A stretch of 64,000 bases of DNA from Candidatus Sysuiplasma jiujiangense (GTDB lineage: Archaea; Thermoplasmatota; Thermoplasmata; Sysuiplasmatales; Sysuiplasmataceae), in assembly GCA_019721075.1 (NCBI GenBank), contig JAHEAD010000002.1, forward strand, positions 152,949-216,948, written 5' to 3'. A model generated the notes under the pieces. The model was not told the DNA's origin, did not search any database, and saw only the letters and a program-made list of their open reading frames with translations. Below are positions 9,938-20,686 of this stretch, in pieces. Both the position numbers and the translations under genes were made by a program. Numbering within the stretch: the first letter of the stretch is position 1; every line of letters begins with the position of its first letter.

Positions 9938-10648
9938 ATGCATAGCGCGCTGAAGGAAAAGATTGCAGGAGAAATCGTTCTCTCTGCGGATCCCGGGCGC
10001 ACGATGAAGAAGTGGCGAGAAGAATTCCACCTGAGCCAGCTTGAGCTGTCGAGGGAGCTGAAAATATCCGCCTCAGTGATCAGCGACTATGAATCCGGGC
10101 GAAGAAAATCGCCCGGAGCCTCCATGGTCAGGAGGTACGTTGAGGCAATGATCAGTCTGGAGCTCAGGAGCGGCGGAAGGTTTATCAAGCGCTTTGACAC
10201 CGAGGCGACACCCGATTACCTTCTGAGCATGAGGGAATTTTCCAGATCCATTCACCTTGATGAGCTCATTTCAGCAATAGACGCAGAAAACCTTTCAAAG
10301 GAAGTGAGCACTGACCGATACCTTCATGGTTATACCCTGCTGGACAGTATAAAGGCCATAACCTCGCTTGGCTCCGCTGATTATCTGAAGATATTCGGAT
10401 GGAGCAGCCAGAGAGCACTGATTTTTACTAGCGTGAAATTCGGCAGGTCTCCCATGATAGCGGTAAGAGCCCATCCGATGAAGCCTGCTGCTGTAGTGTA
10501 TCACAGGCCTGAAAACATCGACCAGCTGGCCATACTGCTGTCTAAACTTGAAAACATACCGCTGCTCAGAAGCGACATAGAACAGAGAGACATGATAGAA
10601 ATACTGGAAAAATTCGGAGATGAAAACAGTGATGTTCGGACAAAGTGA
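9938..10648 (+). CDS. XRE/HTH transcriptional regulator of the family commonly upstream of archaeal HMG-CoA synthase
   Basis: [21 protein letters not shown]...[24 protein letters not shown]. Confidence 0.85.
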   Translation: MHSALKEKIAGEIVLSADPGRTMKKWREEFHLSQLELSRELKISASVISDYESGRRKSPGASMVRRYVEAMISLELRSGGRFIKRFDTEATPDYLLSMREFSRSIHLDELISAIDAENLSKEVSTDRYLHGYTLLDSIKAITSLGSADYLKIFGWSSQRALIFTSVKFGRSPMIAVRAHPMKPAAVVYHRPENIDQLAILLSKLENIPLLRSDIEQRDMIEILEKFGDENSDVRTK

Positions 10649-11699
10649 AAATGGTGCAGGCATAGTGAGTTACGGGGCATACGTGCCCAGATTCAGGATA
10701 CTGCCGGAGGAGATTGCCAGGATCTGGGGAGAGAACGGAGACGCAGTGAAAAAGGGACTGATGATATACAGCAAGTCAGTCCCGTACCCCGACGAGGATG
10801 TCATAACAATTTCGGTGGAGGCGGCCAGGAATGCCCTCGCGAGATGTTCCGTAGACCCTGAAGAAATCGGGGCAGTCTATGTGGGAAGCGAATCGCATCC
10901 GTATGCAGTCAAGCCTTCAGGCACCATAGTTGCGGAGGCCATTGGCGCTTCGCATTTTATTACAGTGGCTGACTACGAGTTCGCATGCAAGGCGGGGACA
11001 GCCGCGATGCAGACAAGCATGGGACTCGTGATTTCCAGGATGGTGAAATACTCTCTGGCAATAGGTGCAGATACTTCACAGGGTGCTCCGGGAGACGCGC
11101 TCGAATATTCGGCTTCCGCCGGCGGTGCGGCATACATTATCGGAATAGACAACATTATTGCCAGCATAAACAGGACCTTCTCGTTCACTTCAGACACTCC
11201 AGACTTCTGGAGGAGAGAGGGACAGGCATATCCGAGCCACGGGGGGAGGTTTACCGGGGAGCCTGCCTATTTCAGGCATGTGAGCACCTGTGCAAAGGAA
11301 CTCATGAAACTCCAGGGCACGACTGCAGACGATTACGACTACGCCGTATTCCATCAGCCAAACGGTAAATTTCCCACGAGGGTGGCGCAGATGCTAGGTT
11401 TCGAGAAAAAGCAGTTTGAGACGGGCCTGATGACGCCGTACATCGGCAACACATATTCCGCATCCATGATGATCGGACTTGCTGCGATCCTCGACATTGC
11501 AAAGCCCGGGGACCGCATATTCGGTGTTGCGTTCGGTTCGGGGGCAGGAAGCGACGGATTCGACATCACCGTCACGGACGCAATGAACGGTTTCCACAGG
11601 GAGAACGCACCGACTGTAAAGCAGCTAGTGGAAAATTCGGAAACGCTCGACTACGGCACATATGCCAAATTCAAGGGAAAAATAGTCATGAAGGAATGA
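10620..11699 (+). CDS. mvaS: Hydroxymethylglutaryl-CoA synthase (archaeal type)
   Basis: [11 protein letters not shown], catalytic [21 protein letters not shown]. Confidence 0.95.
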   Translation: MKTVMFGQSENGAGIVSYGAYVPRFRILPEEIARIWGENGDAVKKGLMIYSKSVPYPDEDVITISVEAARNALARCSVDPEEIGAVYVGSESHPYAVKPSGTIVAEAIGASHFITVADYEFACKAGTAAMQTSMGLVISRMVKYSLAIGADTSQGAPGDALEYSASAGGAAYIIGIDNIIASINRTFSFTSDTPDFWRREGQAYPSHGGRFTGEPAYFRHVSTCAKELMKLQGTTADDYDYAVFHQPNGKFPTRVAQMLGFEKKQFETGLMTPYIGNTYSASMMIGLAAILDIAKPGDRIFGVAFGSGAGSDGFDITVTDAMNGFHRENAPTVKQLVENSETLDYGTYAKFKGKIVMKE

Positions 11700-12868
11700 T
11701 GATGAGAGAAGTGGCGATTATCGGGATAGGCGACACGCGTTTCGGAGAACTCTGGGAACACTCTCTCAGGGACATAGGCATGCAGGCCGGCCTTTCAGCA
11801 GTCGGCGATGCCGGCATAACAGGCGAGCAAATAGAGGCGCTCTATATCGGCAACATGGCCGCCGGAAGCCTGATCGACCAGGAACACCTCGGGGCGCTTG
11901 TTGCGGATTATTCAGGCCTTGCCTCGCTCCACCTGCCCGCAGTGCGTATCGAGGCGGCCGGTGCATCCGGCGGAATGGCACTGAGAGAGGGATATATGGC
12001 AGTTGCCTCCGCCATGCACGATATTGTGATGGTGGCCGGAGCTGAGAAAATGACGGACGTGACAGACGAGGAAATACCGCGAATACAGATGGCAGGCGGC
12101 GATCAGCAGTGGGAAGGGCTTACGGGAGCAACAATGGCCAGTCTTCATGCCATGATAGCAAAGAGGCACATGCATGAATACGGCACCACGAGGGAGCAGA
12201 TAGCCAGCGTTTCGGTGAAGAACCACAGGAACGGCTCAATGAATTCGACTGCACAGTACCAGAAGGCTATAGACATCAGCACGGTGCTGAAGGCACCGAT
12301 GGTTTCTGACCCCCTTGGAGTGTTCGACTGCGCACCGATTTCAGACGGATCCGCGGCACTCATACTTGCACCGCTCGAGGCAGCAAAAAAATACGCCCAG
12401 GAGCCGGTGGTCATTGCCTCATCTTCGGCGGCAACAGATACACTCGCCCTTCACCACCGCGAAAGCATAACGAGATTCGACTCCGTCCGTGTTGCCTCAA
12501 ACAATGCATACAGGAAGGCAAACGTCAGGCCAAAGGACATTAAGATTGCAGAAGTCCACGATTCTTTTACCATTTCGGAAATACTGAACATAGAGGATCT
12601 CGGATTTTTTGAAAAGGGGAAGGGCGGTGCAGCCACGCTGGAAGGAATGACAGAAATAAACGGCGTTGTCTCGGTCAACACCTCAGGCGGACTGAAATCC
12701 AGGGGAGATCCCATGGGAGCAACCGGCATCGCGCAGGCGGTAGAAGTCGTGAGACAGCTGCGGGGCCAGGCGGAAAAGAGACAGGTCAGCGATGCGGAAT
12801 ACGGCCTGTCGCTCAATGTGGGTGGAACAGGTGCAACATCGGTTGTTCACATATTCAGGAGGGCTTAG
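11696..12868 (+). CDS. Thiolase-fold protein (archaeal acetoacetyl-CoA thiolase family) with substituted catalytic residues
   Basis: [33 protein letters not shown]; but EAAGASG, HDSF and GDP replace EAACASG, HDCF and GHP. Confidence 0.9.
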   Translation: MMMREVAIIGIGDTRFGELWEHSLRDIGMQAGLSAVGDAGITGEQIEALYIGNMAAGSLIDQEHLGALVADYSGLASLHLPAVRIEAAGASGGMALREGYMAVASAMHDIVMVAGAEKMTDVTDEEIPRIQMAGGDQQWEGLTGATMASLHAMIAKRHMHEYGTTREQIASVSVKNHRNGSMNSTAQYQKAIDISTVLKAPMVSDPLGVFDCAPISDGSAALILAPLEAAKKYAQEPVVIASSSAATDTLALHHRESITRFDSVRVASNNAYRKANVRPKDIKIAEVHDSFTISEILNIEDLGFFEKGKGGAATLEGMTEINGVVSVNTSGGLKSRGDPMGATGIAQAVEVVRQLRGQAEKRQVSDAEYGLSLNVGGTGATSVVHIFRRA

Positions 12869-12870
12869 AA

Positions 12871-13272
12871 ATGGCAAATCCCAGGTACTGGAGAGAAAAT
12901 CCAAGCAGATATACACTCCTCGGTGTGAAGTGCGGTAACTGCAGTGGCGTCTTCTTTCCGCCCAGGGCCATCTGTCCAAGATGCAGGAGGAAGAGCCTCG
13001 GTAAGATAAAACCGTACAGGCTTTCAGGAAAAGGAAAAGTGTACTCTTATACGCTCGTGCATGAGCCGATGCCGGACTTTTCCCTCATGAGGCCGTACGT
13101 GATGGCAATGGTCGAGATGGACGAGGGAGTGAGAGTGACGGCGCAGATAGTCGACTGCAAACCGGAGGACGTCAGCATAGGAATGAAGGTAGAGGCGATA
13201 TTCAGGAAACTCGGTTCTGAAGGAAACTCGGGAATAATACGGTACGGATACAAATTCAGACCGGCGGTTTAG
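12871..13272 (+). CDS. DUF35 Zn-ribbon/OB-fold protein (thiolase-HMGCS scaffold)
   Basis: CGNC...FPPRAICPRC, GKVYSYT, YGYKFRP. Confidence 0.92.
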   Translation: MANPRYWRENPSRYTLLGVKCGNCSGVFFPPRAICPRCRRKSLGKIKPYRLSGKGKVYSYTLVHEPMPDFSLMRPYVMAMVEMDEGVRVTAQIVDCKPEDVSIGMKVEAIFRKLGSEGNSGIIRYGYKFRPAV

Positions 13273-13503
13273 CGACGCGCATCACACTGTCTTTCTCCGG
13301 CGATGAGAACAGGGAGCAAGTGCTCGGGCATCAGGCTCACTGAAGCTCAAATCATCACGCCGCTTCTTGAGTGCTGTAGGCATAGCGCTTTACGCATCTT
13401 CCTTGATGCAGGCGCAGCAGGGATTCAGGTTTCATAAGTTGCAGAAAGAAGCGGCCTGAACCTGCAAAACATATTTCAATTCTGCTGACTGTATCCGCGC
13501 GGT

Positions 13504-14283
13504 ATGGAACCAAAGAATGAGGAACACGACAGAAGGGTCGAAGGATTTTTCAGCCGGAAGTCGGAGGGGTATGCGAAGAGTGCTTCTCATGCCGGCGGCT
13601 CCGACCTGCACCTGCTTGTTTCGAATCTGCCACTGAGCGGAAACAGTACTGCACTGGATATAGCAACGGGAACCGGTTTTACGGCGATTGAAATGGCAAA
13701 GCATCTGAAATCCGTTTGTGCCATTGACAGGACGGAAGAAATGCTCAGGCAGGCAATAATTCTCTCGAAGCATAAGGGTCTGGCAAACATCGATTTCTTC
13801 ACAGCGGATGTTTCCCGCATTCCGTTCAAAGCAGGCATGTTCGATATCGTGACATGCAGAAGAGCGGCACATCATTTCAGCGAGAAGGGGGAGTTCCTGA
13901 TGGAGGCCCGCAGGGTGCTGAAGGCGCATGGTTCACTGGGAATTGCAGATATGATCGCTCCAGCCGGTATGGAGGCGGAATACAACGGGTTTGAGAGGGC
14001 CAGAGACAGCAGCCATGGGCTTGCGGAAAATAAAAACGACTGGAAACGGATTGTCGAGGATGCCGGATTCATGATACAATTCCTTAAAGTCGAGGAGGAA
14101 AGGGTTTCCTTTGAAAAATGGCTGTTCCCTGTGACAGAATCCGAAGAAGGCGGCAAAAAAGCAAGGCGCTTCCTTGACGGCAGCCCCTTCGACTTCAAGA
14201 AATCCATTTCATACGATGCTGCGGAAGACAGCTTCCTTAAGAGGAGAATAGTGATCGTGGCAACTGCGGATGGAGGAGACTGA
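13504..14283 (+). CDS. Class I SAM-dependent methyltransferase (UbiE-like)
   Basis: ALDIATGTG motif I, FDIVTCRRAAHHF, RVLK. Confidence 0.88.
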   Translation: MEPKNEEHDRRVEGFFSRKSEGYAKSASHAGGSDLHLLVSNLPLSGNSTALDIATGTGFTAIEMAKHLKSVCAIDRTEEMLRQAIILSKHKGLANIDFFTADVSRIPFKAGMFDIVTCRRAAHHFSEKGEFLMEARRVLKAHGSLGIADMIAPAGMEAEYNGFERARDSSHGLAENKNDWKRIVEDAGFMIQFLKVEEERVSFEKWLFPVTESEEGGKKARRFLDGSPFDFKKSISYDAAEDSFLKRRIVIVATADGGD

Positions 14284-14386
14284 CCGACTGTCGTCATGAG
14301 ACTGAAACGGTTAGGCGCGTGCCGTAGCCCCCGCCCGCATGGTGTTAATATTTCTATAACAAACGGCATTCAGGCGTGGAATCCGT

Positions 14387-15883
14387 ATGACAGGCGAACT
14401 CAGGATCAGCGGCAACGCCCTGACTGTTGAATCACTGGTTGAGGTTGCAAGACATAACAGGAAAATTTTGCTCGACAGAAATTCACTCGAAAAGGTGAAA
14501 AGATCGAGGAAACTGCTTGAGAAAATGCTGAGGCGTGGGGAAACAGTATACGGTGTCAATACAGGTTTCGGCGAGCTCTGCAACACAAGAATAGACAGCA
14601 GAGAGGCTGCGGAACTGCAGAGGAATCTTGTCCTGAGCACATGTGCAGGAACCGGTGATCCTGTTTCCGCCGAGGAAACAAGAGCACTGATGCTGCTGAG
14701 GCTGAATACGCTCATGCGCGGCTATTCAGGCGTCAGGACTGAGGTTGTGGCGCTGCTCAGGGACATGCTGAACCGCGGCGTACATCCTGTCATACCGTCA
14801 CGCGGTTCGGTAGGTGCAAGCGGCGATCTTGCTCCGCTCGCACACATGGCGTCTGTAATGATCGGCGAGGGGGAAGCGGAGTTCGAAGGAAAGATTATGA
14901 AAGGGAGCGAAGCACTCCGCGCTGCAAAACTAGAAACGATCGAGCTCAGGGAGAAGGAGGGGCTCGCACTCATCAACGGGACACAGTTCATGACTGCTCT
15001 CGGCGCAATAGCCGTGTACGATACAAGAAGACTGCTGGAGCAGAGCCTGGCAGTCTTTTCGATGAGTCTCGAGGCGCTCAGGGGAAGAATTGATCAATTT
15101 TCGATGAAGGCAATGGGGGTGAGACCGCACAGCGGCATGAAGTACGTCGCCGCCAGGCTTAACGACATTGCCAGGGGAAGCAGGCTGATAGGGAACGGCG
15201 AAAGGACACAGGATCCGTACACACTCAGGTGCGCACCGCAGGTCCTCGGTCCGCTGCACGAGATGCTGAACTACTGCAGCCAGGTGCTCACAGTTGAAAT
15301 GAATTCGACCACCGACAACCCGCTCGTCCTCACCGAAGACGAAAAGGTTATTTCGGCCGGCAACTTCCACGGACAGCCTGTTGCAACTGTGCTGGACAGT
15401 CTCTGTATACCGCTTCAGGCGATGGTTTCCTTTTCCGAGAGACGCGTTGCAAGACTGACGGATTCCAAACTCAGCGGACTCACGCCGTTCCTTGCAGACA
15501 GGCCCGGCCTCGAATCAGGCTACATGGTGCTGCAGTACACTGCGGCGGCGCTTGTTTCCGAAAACAAGGTCCTCAGCCATCCGTCATCCTCCGATTCCAT
15601 TCCGACATCTGCAAACCAGGAGGATTTCGTCAGCATGGGAGCCTACTCCGCAATAAAACTGAGACAGATGGTCAGAAATGCTTTTGCGGTCATTGGAATA
15701 GAGGCAATCTGCGCCGCAAGGGCACTCGAAATCGCCGGCGGTCCGTCAGCACCGGAGATCGCCAGGATTCATGTGTCCGTAAGAAAGAGGATCAAGGGAT
15801 ACAGCGGAGACAGAATTCATTCAGGGGATATCGAAACTATTGCCGGCATGCTGAGGGATGGTGCGCTTCTGCTGCCGGAATAA
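14387..15883 (+). CDS. hutH: Histidine ammonia-lyase
   Basis: YGVNTGFG, MIO-forming GSVGASGDLAPL, KEGLALINGT, QDPYTLRC, GNFHGQP, NQEDFVSMG. Confidence 0.9.
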   Translation: MTGELRISGNALTVESLVEVARHNRKILLDRNSLEKVKRSRKLLEKMLRRGETVYGVNTGFGELCNTRIDSREAAELQRNLVLSTCAGTGDPVSAEETRALMLLRLNTLMRGYSGVRTEVVALLRDMLNRGVHPVIPSRGSVGASGDLAPLAHMASVMIGEGEAEFEGKIMKGSEALRAAKLETIELREKEGLALINGTQFMTALGAIAVYDTRRLLEQSLAVFSMSLEALRGRIDQFSMKAMGVRPHSGMKYVAARLNDIARGSRLIGNGERTQDPYTLRCAPQVLGPLHEMLNYCSQVLTVEMNSTTDNPLVLTEDEKVISAGNFHGQPVATVLDSLCIPLQAMVSFSERRVARLTDSKLSGLTPFLADRPGLESGYMVLQYTAAALVSENKVLSHPSSSDSIPTSANQEDFVSMGAYSAIKLRQMVRNAFAVIGIEAICAARALEIAGGPSAPEIARIHVSVRKRIKGYSGDRIHSGDIETIAGMLRDGALLLPE

Positions 15884-15966
15884 GAGGAATGAAAGGGAAG
15901 AGAGGACGTGCCTATTTCCGCAACATTCATTTCTTAACCGAACCGCTCGAATCTGTGAGCCCGTAG

Positions 15967-16941
15967 TCAGAAATTCTGAATCTCAAGCCCCAGCTTATCC
16001 AGTGTTGCTGCATCTATTGAAAAAATAATATTCCAGTTGGGCATGTCGACGACTTCGCCCACACTCAGATTCCCGGCGAGCGAACAGAGGACATAAGCCT
16101 CTGACCTGTCGAGTCCGGCTTCGCTCATCAGGTCAATCATCTGTGAAACGGCTGATTTGGCCGCTTTGTAAGGATCACTGGAAATGCCGGAAGTCGAAAT
16201 GAAAGCGGATTCTTCCCGGTATTCCCTTGAAATGACAAGAGGGGCGGTCAGGGAATGTGTGGCCTCCTTTGCTGGAATAACAGAAATTCTCAGGCTGAGT
16301 CTGGACTCTGTTTCGATGGCGGTGCCGCAGACTTCACCGTCTCCCTGAAGCGCATGGGTATCTGCAGTGGCAAAGAGAGCTCCGTCGACATTGACCGGGA
16401 AAAGGACGACGCTCCCGCGCCGGAGGCGCCTGTTGTCCATATTTCCGCCGAAATACTGAGGGGGAATCAGAGGATAATCGGATTTGGCGGACGGCGCCAC
16501 GCCCATTACCCCCATGAATGGCCTGGTCCTGAGCGACAGCCCTTTCAGAAACTCATTTCTGTAGGGCCTGGCATAGCCGTCCTCTATAGACCAGTAATAG
16601 ACTTTCCTCTCGGGAAAAATTTCGGGGAGGAGACCGAAATCCGGGGAATGCATGCTCCATCCCCAGTTTCCGCATTTGATGTCCAGTATTTCGACACGGA
16701 GTATGTCCTTCTTCTTTGCACCACGCACATACACCGGACCAACGGCGGCGTCAGTGAGCGAGCCATCTTTCATTGAAACAGCCGAGGCGGGGGAACCGAG
16801 TTTCACCTGGTTCGTTGACGAATCAGGAACGTTGAATGTCACTCTGTCCCCGGAGGAAATTTCCAGGACAGGTTTGTTTTTTGAGGACCATGCCAGAATA
16901 AGGTTTTCGATTTTGTGGCCGTCGACAAATGCGTTGCCCAT
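15967..16941 (-). CDS. Acetamidase/formamidase family protein
   Basis: GPVYVRGA, PFMGVMGVAP, GGNMD, DTHALQGDGEVCGTAIE. Confidence 0.9.
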   Translation of the reverse strand: MGNAFVDGHKIENLILAWSSKNKPVLEISSGDRVTFNVPDSSTNQVKLGSPASAVSMKDGSLTDAAVGPVYVRGAKKKDILRVEILDIKCGNWGWSMHSPDFGLLPEIFPERKVYYWSIEDGYARPYRNEFLKGLSLRTRPFMGVMGVAPSAKSDYPLIPPQYFGGNMDNRRLRRGSVVLFPVNVDGALFATADTHALQGDGEVCGTAIETESRLSLRISVIPAKEATHSLTAPLVISREYREESAFISTSGISSDPYKAAKSAVSQMIDLMSEAGLDRSEAYVLCSLAGNLSVGEVVDMPNWNIIFSIDAATLDKLGLEIQNF

Positions 16942-17024
16942 AATACTTGATTTTTAATCACCCTTATAGTATTGTTGCCTACCTCCGAAGCATGGTCCTG
17001 TTTGCAGAATGCAGCTGACGGTTG

Positions 17025-17042
17025 ATTTGAATTTGAATTTGA
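17025..17042. repeat. Short tandem repeat (ATTTGA)x3 in divergent promoter region
   Basis: atttga atttga atttga between the acetamidase and ClC genes. Confidence 0.5.
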
Positions 17043-17103
17043 AAATAATATAATTGAAAATTGCGATGAGTGAAATGGAGCGAAAAACTATTTTAACGAT
17101 TGA

Positions 17104-18945
17104 GTGGTGGCGAAAGACAGCACTGAAGGTGAAAGCATCGGCATAATGGAATCGCTGAAGATCCGCATACTCTCAGGCTATGTCAGAAAATGGTTTTTCA
17201 TCGGTATTTTCATAGGGACGGTCGCTGGAATAGGATCGCTGGTGCTGTATTATGCCATATCACTTGCGACAAACGTTTTTCTCACAGGCATTACCGGATT
17301 TGTCCCTCCCTCACCGATAAGCGAAGGAGGGAGCGCCGTGTATCACTTCGGCAGCTACAGGTACTATCTTATACCCGTATCGACCGGACTCGGAGGTCTC
17401 ATTGCGGGACTGATAGTCTATGGATTCGCACCGGAGGCCGAAGGACACGGTACCGATGCTGCGATAGAGGCGTTTCATTTCAGAAAGGGGATCATCAGGA
17501 GAAGGGTTCCGTTCGTGAAACTGGTGGCCTCAGCCGTGACCATAGGCTCCGGCGGCAGTGCAGGGAGGGAAGGACCTGTAGCGCAGATCGCTGCAGGATT
17601 CGGTTCATTCATTGCCGACATAATGAAGCTGAGCGAACGGGACAGAAGAATTGCTGTTGCGGCAGGAATAGGTGCGGGAATAGGAAGCATATTCATGGCC
17701 CCTCTCGGAGGAGCACTGCTGAGCACCGAAGTTCTCTACAGGAGGGACTTTGAAGTCGAAGCGCTCATACCCTCGATCATAGCATCCGTGACGGGATATG
17801 CGATTTTCGGCTACTTCTTCAACTATCAGCCGCTGTTTTCCCTGCCTTCATCTTCGATACTCCTGTTCCTGCATCCCCAGTCGCTGCTTCTCTATGCCCT
17901 CATCGGAGCCATAACCGGTGTTGTCGGTATAATCTACGTCGCCACCTTTTACGGTGTGAGGAATTTCTTTTCCAAAAGGGTAAAACTGCCGAAATACTTC
18001 AGACCCGCAGTCGGCGGTGTCCTGGTCGGGCTGATTGCAATTGCTTTTCCCGAGGTCCTCGGCCTGGGTTACGGATGGGTTCAGCTCATACTGCTGAACA
18101 ATCTCGCCCTGCTGCCCCTCTGGATACTCATTGCACTCATCTTTGCAAAGATATTCGCTACATCCCTCAGCATTGGCTCCGGCGGCTCCGGGGGCGTTTT
18201 TGCACCGGGAATTGTGATAGGAACGCTGGTTGGCGCCGTAATCGCTGTTGTCTTCCACGATTATTTCGGCTCACTTTTCCCGTACCTCAACATAACGGAA
18301 ATCGCGATTGTGGGAATGATTGCCTTCTTCGGAGGCGTGTCAAAGGCTCCCATCTCGATAATCATCATGGGGACAGAGATGACAGGCGGATATGCACTCT
18401 TCCTGCCGCTGATGCTGGCGACCACAATAGCCTACTTTGTATCCGGCAGCAAATATTCAATCTACCGTGCACAGGTGATGGACAGGATGCATTCGCCCGC
18501 ACATTCGGAAGAATATGAGAAGCCAATAATGGATTATATCGGTGTAAAGGAAGCAATGAATCCTAATATTGTGACGGTGGACGCCGATATGAACATCGGG
18601 GACGCATACAGGCTTGCGGTGGAGCTGAAAGCATCCGGTGTGGTAGTGACACGAAACAATCAGGCTGAAGGCTACATCACTTTCATTGAGTTAAACGAAG
18701 GTTTCAACAGCGGCCGGCCGAAAGTTTCAGACATAGTGAAGATCAGGGCAGGCACGATAAACTCTGACCTTACAGCACACGACGCATTCAATGAGCTTAC
18801 GGGCAAAAAGATGGAGATCCTTGCGGTCTTTGACCAGAAGAGGAATGAAATCATCGGGGCTGTCGGTCTTCAGGATATTGCAAGAAAATACAATGAGAAG
18901 ATCAAGGAGATTGCTGAAGCCTCCAACAGGGAAGAGGAATTCTGA
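17104..18945 (+). CDS. ClC chloride channel/antiporter with C-terminal CBS pair
   Basis: GSAGREGP, GGVFAP, EVLYRRDFE, many TMs, CBS-like tail. Confidence 0.93.
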   Translation: MVAKDSTEGESIGIMESLKIRILSGYVRKWFFIGIFIGTVAGIGSLVLYYAISLATNVFLTGITGFVPPSPISEGGSAVYHFGSYRYYLIPVSTGLGGLIAGLIVYGFAPEAEGHGTDAAIEAFHFRKGIIRRRVPFVKLVASAVTIGSGGSAGREGPVAQIAAGFGSFIADIMKLSERDRRIAVAAGIGAGIGSIFMAPLGGALLSTEVLYRRDFEVEALIPSIIASVTGYAIFGYFFNYQPLFSLPSSSILLFLHPQSLLLYALIGAITGVVGIIYVATFYGVRNFFSKRVKLPKYFRPAVGGVLVGLIAIAFPEVLGLGYGWVQLILLNNLALLPLWILIALIFAKIFATSLSIGSGGSGGVFAPGIVIGTLVGAVIAVVFHDYFGSLFPYLNITEIAIVGMIAFFGGVSKAPISIIIMGTEMTGGYALFLPLMLATTIAYFVSGSKYSIYRAQVMDRMHSPAHSEEYEKPIMDYIGVKEAMNPNIVTVDADMNIGDAYRLAVELKASGVVVTRNNQAEGYITFIELNEGFNSGRPKVSDIVKIRAGTINSDLTAHDAFNELTGKKMEILAVFDQKRNEIIGAVGLQDIARKYNEKIKEIAEASNREEEF

Positions 18946-18979
18946 GGGAGAACAAAAGACTGAAGACCGCCCGCTGCAT

Positions 18980-19618
18980 CTATCTCTCCAGCATAAATTT
19001 CTCCACTGCTGAAACAAACTCCGCCGGCTGCTGCCAGTGCGGCACATGCCCCGAATCGGAGAATTCCAGATAGATGCTGTTCCTGATCGCATCATGAAGA
19101 GCTCTTCCCACTGCAGACGGTATAATGCTGTCGCCGGCACCCCACACTATAAGCGTCCTTACTCCGCTCCTGACAACACAGCTGACAAGAGGATCTGAGC
19201 GCATCCCGTCGGAATCGAGGTCGAATCCGATACCTGCCGTATCCTCAAGAACCAGCGCTGTGACCCTCCGCGGGAACGAGCAGAGAAAGTGCAGTGCAAT
19301 CCATCCTCCCATCGAGTTACCGAGAAGTGCCGCCTTCCCGATTCCGAGATGACGGAGCAGTTCGTCGGCCGCCGACGCATATCCACGTACCGGCATGTCC
19401 ATGAATTCACCGAAGTGCGGAGGCAGCGACGGGGCAACCACCCTGAACTTCCTTTTCAGCCGGGGAACAACCTTCTTCCAGGTTCCGGAATGTGAATTCC
19501 AGCCATGGAGAAGAAGGAGTACGCTGTCCGATTCGCCTTCGTCAAGGTAGCCGACTCTGCCGAAATCCCTTGATTCGAAGTAACTGTTGTCCGCCGAAAG
19601 ACCGCTTTCAGATGACAC
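18980..19618 (-). CDS. Alpha/beta-fold hydrolase
   Basis: LLLHGW oxyanion loop, GNSMGG nucleophile elbow, WGAGDSII, SGHVPH. Confidence 0.88.
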   Translation of the reverse strand: MSSESGLSADNSYFESRDFGRVGYLDEGESDSVLLLLHGWNSHSGTWKKVVPRLKRKFRVVAPSLPPHFGEFMDMPVRGYASAADELLRHLGIGKAALLGNSMGGWIALHFLCSFPRRVTALVLEDTAGIGFDLDSDGMRSDPLVSCVVRSGVRTLIVWGAGDSIIPSAVGRALHDAIRNSIYLEFSDSGHVPHWQQPAEFVSAVEKFMLER

Positions 19619-19650
19619 ATCCGATAATATGCATACCAGGCGCTTATCTC

Positions 19651-20160
19651 TTACGGATTGCCGCCTGGTTTCCGCTTCCCCCTGAGGATGTCAGCAAGCA
19701 TCTCATTGCAGAACAGGAGTGCGTCTGCAGCACAACTCTGCCGGACGGCATCCCGCCCGCCGGAGTAAACGCTCCTCCTGATGCTGGTTTTCCCGTCCAC
19801 GAATACAGCTATGTAGCAGAGACCGACAGGATTCCCTGTGCCATCGCCTCCCGGGCCGGCGAGGCCGGTTGTTGCAACAGCCATGTCCGTCTTCATGATC
19901 TTCGACACGCCGGAAGCCATTTCTTCCGCGACTTCACCGCTAACCGGCCCAAATGCCGCGATTGTCTTTCCTGGCACTCCGAGAATTTCCTGTTTAGCGC
20001 TGCTGCTGTATGCGACTACCGCTCCCCTGAAAAAAGAGGAGACGCCCGGCCTTGAGGTCAGTGCGGCGCTCACCATTCCGCCGGTTACGGATTCTGCAAG
20101 CGAAATTGTCTTACGGCCCGATGCAAGGTGCGACGACAGCTGTTCAACCAGATTTTTCAT
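19651..20160 (-). CDS. CinA/PncC-family NMN deamidase
   Basis: AESVTGG, PGVSSFF, YSSSAK, TTGLAGP; start taken at MKNLVEQ. Confidence 0.85.
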   Translation of the reverse strand: MKNLVEQLSSHLASGRKTISLAESVTGGMVSAALTSRPGVSSFFRGAVVAYSSSAKQEILGVPGKTIAAFGPVSGEVAEEMASGVSKIMKTDMAVATTGLAGPGGDGTGNPVGLCYIAVFVDGKTSIRRSVYSGGRDAVRQSCAADALLFCNEMLADILRGKRKPGGNP

Positions 20161-20674
20161 TCGACTCTGAAAGTCTGAATAATTCCCTGACACGTTCCAC
20201 CCCATGAAAAGATTCTATAACATCCGCAGCGCTTGCCGGCACGAGCTCTTTCCACCTGCCGCCGTTAATCATCATTTCCCTGATGTGCGTACCGGAATAC
20301 AGGTTTCTACTGAAGATTTTTGTCTGTCTTACTTCGTATCCTGCCTCGCTGAACAGCCTTTCGGTAAGCGGATTGTTTGTGAATATAGTGCTGAATTCGG
20401 GCACAAGCGACTTTACATGTGAGACCCAGAGCGAATATCTGTTTATGTCAATGATGGGTATTATATGCGTGCGCTGCTGGAGTTTCTTCTCCGTCAGGGA
20501 TCTGAATATCATCTGGTAACGCTCGCCTGCAGTGAACGGATTGTCCCTCATATGCGAATACTGCGCACTCCCGATTCCGACAATTACTTCATCACAGCTC
20601 TGCAGTATCTCCTCAATAGCCTTAAGGTGACCGAGATGGAATGGCTGATATCTTCCTATCACTAGACCGTTCAT
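20144..20674 (-). CDS. nadM: Nicotinamide-nucleotide adenylyltransferase
   Basis: GRYQPFHLGH, GSAQYSH..NPFTAGER, YSGTHIR. Confidence 0.95.
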   Translation of the reverse strand: MNGLVIGRYQPFHLGHLKAIEEILQSCDEVIVGIGSAQYSHMRDNPFTAGERYQMIFRSLTEKKLQQRTHIIPIIDINRYSLWVSHVKSLVPEFSTIFTNNPLTERLFSEAGYEVRQTKIFSRNLYSGTHIREMMINGGRWKELVPASAADVIESFHGVERVRELFRLSESNEKSG

Positions 20675-20686
20675 TGATGCACTTGT

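Noticed and set aside
13288..13345. Possible C/D-box sRNA or fluoride riboswitch (GGCGATGA ... CTGA)
   Set aside because: No recognisable D'/C' boxes and no GTTCGCC/GCTGATG riboswitch pairing; the motif match is likely chance
19651..20160. CinA inactivation (AESVTGG instead of AESCTGG)
   Set aside because: The Ser and Lys regarded as catalytic (AES, YSSSAK) are retained
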